NCBI RefSeq assembly: GCF_016432865.1
Contig: NC_067401.1
Coordinates: 359,786,001 to 359,850,000 of the forward strand
Direction of reading: 5' to 3'
DNA: 64,000 bases
DNA from: Antechinus flavipes
Taxonomy: Eukaryota
A program made the position numbers and the translations under genes. The notes below the pieces were generated by a model. It was given only the letters and a program-made list of their open reading frames with translations. It did no database searches and was not told the DNA's origin. This document shows positions 62,281-64,000 of this stretch, piece by piece. Within the stretch, counting starts at the first letter, position 1, and every line of letters begins with the position of its first letter.

Positions 62281-64000
62281 TTTCTGTCTTATGGCTGCAT
62301 AAACACAATTCATAAACACAATGTAGAAACTTTTAAAAAGGCTGGATCTAACATAGGTTAAGTTAATTCTTATCAGATTGAATCTCATAAAAGTTCACAC
62401 AAAGGACAAAGGCTATAGTGACTAACCCTGTGAAAATTTAAAGTTTCAGGTACCAAAAAAAAAAAAAAATAGCAAATATTAGATGTCTTGTGTCAGCAAA
62501 TTAGATGTTTTTAATAGCAAGTTCACAAATTATTCTTTTCACCTTCCTTTTGAGTAAGCAAAAGTGAAAAAAGGTATTCTTTTCTGGCTTTTAGTGGCTT
62601 TGAGAAAATGAAAGAATATAAAAGTATTTCTTTGGATCCAAATACTATGCAGTGAACTGAGAAGAACAACCAAACACTGTCTTCAATGTAACCTGTCTTC
62701 AATGAGTTTACATTCTAATAGGGTGAGAAAATACGTGTAGGGAGCTATATTCTCTAGGAAAGAGTTTTGTCCTGGGAATTCACTAGAAGTGGAGGGAACC
62801 ATAAAGAAGTTATTTCCAAACACAAATATTCATTATAATTTATATTAATTTAATATTTAACAGAAAACTTATTGGTTGGCCACAATGTTTTAAAGACAGA
62901 AGAATTTTTCTAAATTAAGATTTTATTTGAGGTACAAATAGAAGGGCAATTAAACACTTGGCTCATCTTTTTTCCCCATTTCAATTTGACTGGTACTTTT
63001 CAAAAACATAAAGACAAGCCACTTATTTTTATCTGATTAAAAATAATGTAAAAATGCTAAAATTCTGTTAAAGTTAATTTGTTTCTTCAGTGAGGAAAGA
63101 AAAGTACTGATAGTTGTATTTCCTGGTTAGTTTGTTTTTACAGCAACTTGCAAAAATTAATGCTGAATATTTTTATTCAATATTTTATTTGTATTATGGA
63201 ATAGTGAGATAGCCAAGATTGTGGAATCTTTCGCATATTAATTTATCTTTTGATTCTAACTCTGTTCATCTAATTGGGCTGCTATATCTGGCCCAATTTA
63301 ATACTGTTCAAGGATATTTTAAAATGCTGTGTATGGATAATTTATAAACTGTGGCTCAGCTAGGTAGGGGTGTGTGTGTATGTTGGATTCTGTTTATTGG
63401 CTAAAATATATTTCAAATTAAAAGCAAATTTCCATATATATATATCCCAAAAGTTAATTTTAGGCATTTATAGGATTTTTAAATATTGGGCCTAGTTTTT
63501 GCTATGAACTTTGTTTACTAAATTTATTTAAGAATGATTAATAAATTAATTTTCAACAGCAGGTGTTTCTTTTAACAAATTAAATGTAGTTATTAATGAT
63601 GCTAATTTGCTGATGTTTAATTTCCTAAATTTATTCTAGGTATGTTTTCTTATTTTTCTCCTAGTAGTGGACATAGCCCCTTTGAATTAATTGATGGCTA
63701 TCTTGACTTTAAATTGATAATTACGTAAATATGATGAATGTAAGTCTTTTGCTGAAGTTTCACTGTTTTTATCTCTGATCATAAAACTTCTATTTATGGT
63801 TTTAAAAGGCTTTTTAACATTGCTCCAAATAATAATCAAAGCAATCAGATGTGTATATGTAATTTTACTTGTAGTTGCTTATATCTTGGAGGGCTACCTC
63901 TTCATTATTGATAATCCAATGGAAGTTAACTTAAACCACTGGGTATTATATATCATCTCTCTAGATTTTGGTCTTAAGAAAATTTTTCACTAACATTTTG

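Noticed and set aside
681-63993. Most 60-110 aa ORFs in the track as independent genes
   Set aside because: They fall in microsatellites, SINEs, L1/L2 fragments or AT-rich intron, or are AFDN exons extended into introns. None has independent support.
1-64000. CRISPR array, prokaryotic or viral system, NUMT, U12-type intron
   Set aside because: No regular repeat-spacer array, no long non-AFDN/non-L1 ORF, no mitochondrial-like sequence, and no RTATCCT donors were seen.

Overview
AT-rich, CpG-poor mammalian genomic DNA. It contains the middle-to-3' part of the afadin gene (AFDN/MLLT4/AF-6) on the + strand. I mapped 21 coding exons from 2454 to 62217 (3614 nt), and the reading frame is continuous across every junction. 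They encode the FHA domain, the DIL domain, the PDZ domain and the proline-rich/coiled-coil region. The N-terminal RA domains and the C-terminal F-actin-binding region lie outside the window. WSINE1-like and Mar1-like CORE-SINEs and marsupial-type L1 ends point to an Australian marsupial, probably a dasyurid (inference from recalled repeat consensus, not a database search). Splicing features include a 21-nt EVDQVDQ microexon, a GC-AG intron, a 16.3-kb intron splitting the PDZ domain, and an intron read-through C-terminus. That long intron holds a candidate 13-nt poison microexon or recursive splice site. Structural features include four TSD-flanked antisense 5'-truncated L1s, an internally deleted L1 (5'UTR/ORF1 start fused to the 3' end), a poly(A)-only insertion, and at least three short locally templated duplications 0.9-2.4 kb from their source. 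I found no evidence for a wholly new gene or system. The best leads are the cryptic or regulatory splicing elements and the templated-insertion scars. Repeat boundaries and family names were assigned by eye and are approximate.
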